DNA of 64,000 bases from Ascidiella aspersa. Its lineage: Eukaryota. How positions within the stretch are numbered: the stretch's first letter is position 1; each line of letters opens with the position of its first letter. Below, piece after piece: positions 61,801 to 64,000 of this stretch. The stretch covers positions 20,770,001 through 20,834,000 of the forward strand of contig OZ004609.1 of the NCBI GenBank assembly GCA_963924565.1. Direction: 5' to 3'. Below the pieces are notes generated by a model. That model was not told where the DNA came from. It worked only from the letters and a program-made list of their open reading frames with translations, and made no database searches. Made by a program: the position numbers and the translations under genes.

Positions 61801-63563
61801 ATGATGTCACAGAAAGCATGGTGTGTTAAGTGAAAAAAAAAAAAAAAAAAAAATATACACGCTCACAAAAATCTATGTTAGCCCACATTCATATTTACGT
61901 TTGAAAATATTTCAGTTCAACCTAATAAGTATATAAAAAACGTCAATCTGAATTACCCCCAAAAAATTGCTAAATTACCCCTTTGGGGGTAATTACCCCC
62001 CGGTTAAGAACCACTGGTCTAAATCACGCCACGCGGTTTTATAAATCGATGAAATGAGTTTTAGCAGTTTTAACTAACACAATACAGACCTAAGGTGGAC
62101 AACATTGTCAGTCAGAAAACCTTATATAAATGTAAATTTTGCATAAATTATTTTTCACTCGCCCTTTCGCTCTGCTTCTCCTCAGAAGCCTTCCTCATGA
62201 AGAATCGGAGAGAAGGAGCAAGGGACTTGTTTCTCTCCAGCAGGGATCCGGAGGACTTGGCTGTCGCGGAGCCTGCGCCGATTTGTTCGTCGGTCAGCGG
62301 CATCGACACTTTTTTATCTGAATATTGCATTGAAAGCAATGGTCTTTTAATCTAAACGCCGTGGTTCAGCTCAATTTATTGGCAGTATATTACTATATGT
62401 AGTTGTTAACATTTCAAAGTTCTGTGTAAAGAAGCGTTTATTTCAGCCTTGCAGGTAACGTTGGGGGCAATAACAATTTTAACCGTAAAAAATCTGACAT
62501 AAAACAGAAAGTCAAAGTCAACAGAATTATATGTTCGCGAAGTTGTTAAACGTAATTTAGTAATAACTCAGAATATAAGTTTTATCTTGTGACTAACGTT
62601 AATCAAAGTACGTTTTCCTTAGTTTTCAGGACATACTCTTTTGGGCGGATTTTTTAGGAAGGTGTAAATGACTTTATTTAAAATTGTTAAGTTATAATAA
62701 CCTTGGGTTGCCCGCTCGTTTACAACTGGCTCATTTGGCTTTGAAGGCAGATTAAGGATGGGCTCGGGTTTCTTCAGTTTGGTAACCTCAGCAACTTCGG
62801 TTCTAGGATAAGAAAGACGATTCTTATTTTGTATCGATGTAACTAAATTCAAAGTCAACATTAAAAAAAATATCTCAATACGATAAAAATAGTTCCTCTG
62901 ATGTTAATTTTGTTGTCCCACGTTTTGACGACCTGCACAAGTTGCCTTCCTCAAGAGTACGGTCGTACAACTATTTTGCTATATATTACGCCTGGTAGAA
63001 AAAGTTTATATATCTAGGTACGGTTCATCCAACTAGATTTGCAGGACAGTCACTAAATGCACTCCGTTGCTGGTAAATAGACCACGTATAAGCACTTTAA
63101 GCAGGTATGACCTGGATTACGGAATCGGGACTCAGAATGGGACGTTTATTCAAAGGAATAAGTATTTTGTAAAATAGGTTTCATCAGTTTCTATGATTCG
63201 ATCCAATCAGAAGGTTTTGCTTTTCTCCTTTTACACGCAGCTTTATGATGGTTTTTAAAAGATTCGCTTCGTACAACGTGCGTTTTCGTTTTTACTTTAT
63301 AAGGTTATCCAACGCTCGTCATAACCCGACGTAAAAATGGCCAGTTTGGCTTTTTTAGCGTCACTCACACTGGCATTTCGTGTTTCGGTGCTTGACGCAC
63401 AATAATGCCGAGGAGCATGGAGGGCCGGTTGGCGGGGAGGACTTCGTCCAGGTCGTCGTCCTGCGTCCGCATCAGCTCCTCTGGGATCGCTTGCGACTCC
63501 AGGAGCGGGATCAGGTACATGTCCTTGACCAACATCCGGTCCTGGTTGCTAACCACTCCGAAT
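55858..63563 (-). CDS. DIDO1: DIDO1/PHF3-family SPOC-domain protein, 3' part (5' exons lie beyond the window)
   Basis: Minus-strand exons 63369-63563, 62702-62802, 62163-62317, 59681-59728, 59580-59628, 59293-59396, 59041-59178, 58562-58657, 57638-57987, 57370-57468, 57153-57275, 55858-55975. SPOC C-terminus RFGVVSNQDRMLVKDMYLIPL...RPSMLLGIIVRQ, acidic PYDPE repeats, coiled coil LERMQRELEEKKAKLAEVEETLQQ and an Arg/Ser/Asp-rich tail as in DIDO3. It is probably co-orthologous to DIDO1 and PHF3. Confidence 0.85.
56392..57109. mobile_element. Tc1/mariner-like MITE hosting a nested hAT MITE
   Basis: About 45-bp TIRs CAGGGTGTCCATACAGTCTCTTTACAATTTAAAAAA / TTTTTTAAATTGTAACAGAGACTCTATGGACACCC; preceded by TA. 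Confidence 0.75.
56519..56891. mobile_element. hAT-like MITE with GAGTC/GACTC repeats (younger copy)
   Basis: TIRs CAGGGCTGCGGAGTCGG / CCGACTCCGCAGTTCTG; perfect 8-bp TSD CTTTATTT (56511-56518, 56892-56899). Confidence 0.9.
60010..61630 (+). mobile_element. Penelope-like element (Penelope/Poseidon type) RT plus GIY-YIG fragment; truncated at both ends, one frameshift
   Basis: ADKGNVTVVMD, YGLPKIHKPEIPLRPIVS, SFDVVSLFTNVP, GTAMGSPVS, WRRYVDDTF (YVDD 60860-60871), IKFTME...ISFLD, VFRKVTHSDRYLNF, GAVYEIPCGGCSATYIGETKR...RKLEH...ALAEH. Frameshift in a C12 run at 60832-60843. Confidence 0.95.
61631..61853 (+). repeat. Poly(A)-tailed segment resembling a non-LTR retroelement 3' end
   Basis: A21 tract 61833-61853 preceded by stem-loop TAACCA-CTAA-TGGTTA (61783-61798); unrelated to the expected PLE endonuclease C-terminus. 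Confidence 0.5.
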
Positions 63564-64000
63564 CTAGGAGGATAATAAATATTTTTTATTGTCAAAATAA
63601 TTAAATAATATATCTAAAAAATGACACTTCAATTTGGAAGGGAACACCTTGCTTTATCTGCATTTGATTAGTAACACAAATTTTATTTTGCCGAAATATT
63701 AAGCCTACAATATTACAATTTAAGGGAACATATACTTAGTTTGTTTGACATGTATGTTTTATTACTAGTTGTGCGTATTTATTAAGAAATGGAGAATTAC
63801 TTATTTCAACGCACAAGTACAAATCGCCAATCTCAATTAACAAGCATCATTTTATTTCATTTATGCTGAAAAACTTAAAACATGTAGGACAAGATGAACC
63901 AGAGAACTCAGTTTGATATGCGTATTGATGTTTTTATCGTGTGGTCATTTTTAGCAACCCGGCAAAAAACTTTGGCTGAGGCCTTAAACGTAGGACAAGT

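Larger units (their letters stand above)
59798..62016. mobile_element. Non-autonomous hAT element with retroelement cargo
   Basis: Perfect 15-bp TIRs CAGTGGTTCTTAACC / GGTTAAGAACCACTG; perfect 8-bp TSD GTCTAAAT (59790-59797, 62017-62024); TTACCCC subterminal motifs in both arms; no transposase. Confidence 0.92.

Noticed and set aside
1-64000. CRISPR arrays, rRNA genes, prokaryotic operons or defence systems
   Set aside because: None seen; the GACTT and GAGTC repeats are MITE subterminal motifs without unique spacers.

Overview
Compact, AT-rich eukaryotic genomic DNA with short GT-AG introns and many MITEs. It is most likely from an ascidian tunicate (inference from gene content, intron sizes and an exact match to the Ciona-type spliced leader). 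Exon chains were assembled by hand and checked for phase. Contents in order: (1) a complete 16-exon TELO2 gene (+, 733-10272); (2) an intronless TPR-like gene (+, 13397-14131) with an IRF/STAT/AP-1 motif cluster 1.5 kb downstream; (3) tRNA-Glu(TTC) and tRNA-Gly(GCC) in tandem on the minus strand, only 5 nt apart; (4) a degenerate piggyBac fossil; (5) a 2-exon Goliath/RNF130-type PA-domain gene with no TM-RING module that ends in a GPI-like signal (+, 27452-34264); (6) a 20-exon, about 1155-aa type I membrane protein: signal peptide, Glu-depleted Gla-like domain, 3x TSP1, 2x LamG, Ig, TM, kinase-free tail (+, 36787-54555); (7) the 3' part of a DIDO1/PHF3-type SPOC gene (-, 55858-63563). One DIDO intron, apparently GC-AG, holds a young hAT element (perfect TIRs and TSD) carrying a Penelope-like RT/GIY-YIG fragment and a poly(A)-tailed segment. 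Best novelty candidates: the pseudo-Gla receptor, the RING-less PA protein, the tRNA dimer and the hAT/Penelope composite. No database searches were run; homolog sequences quoted are from memory.
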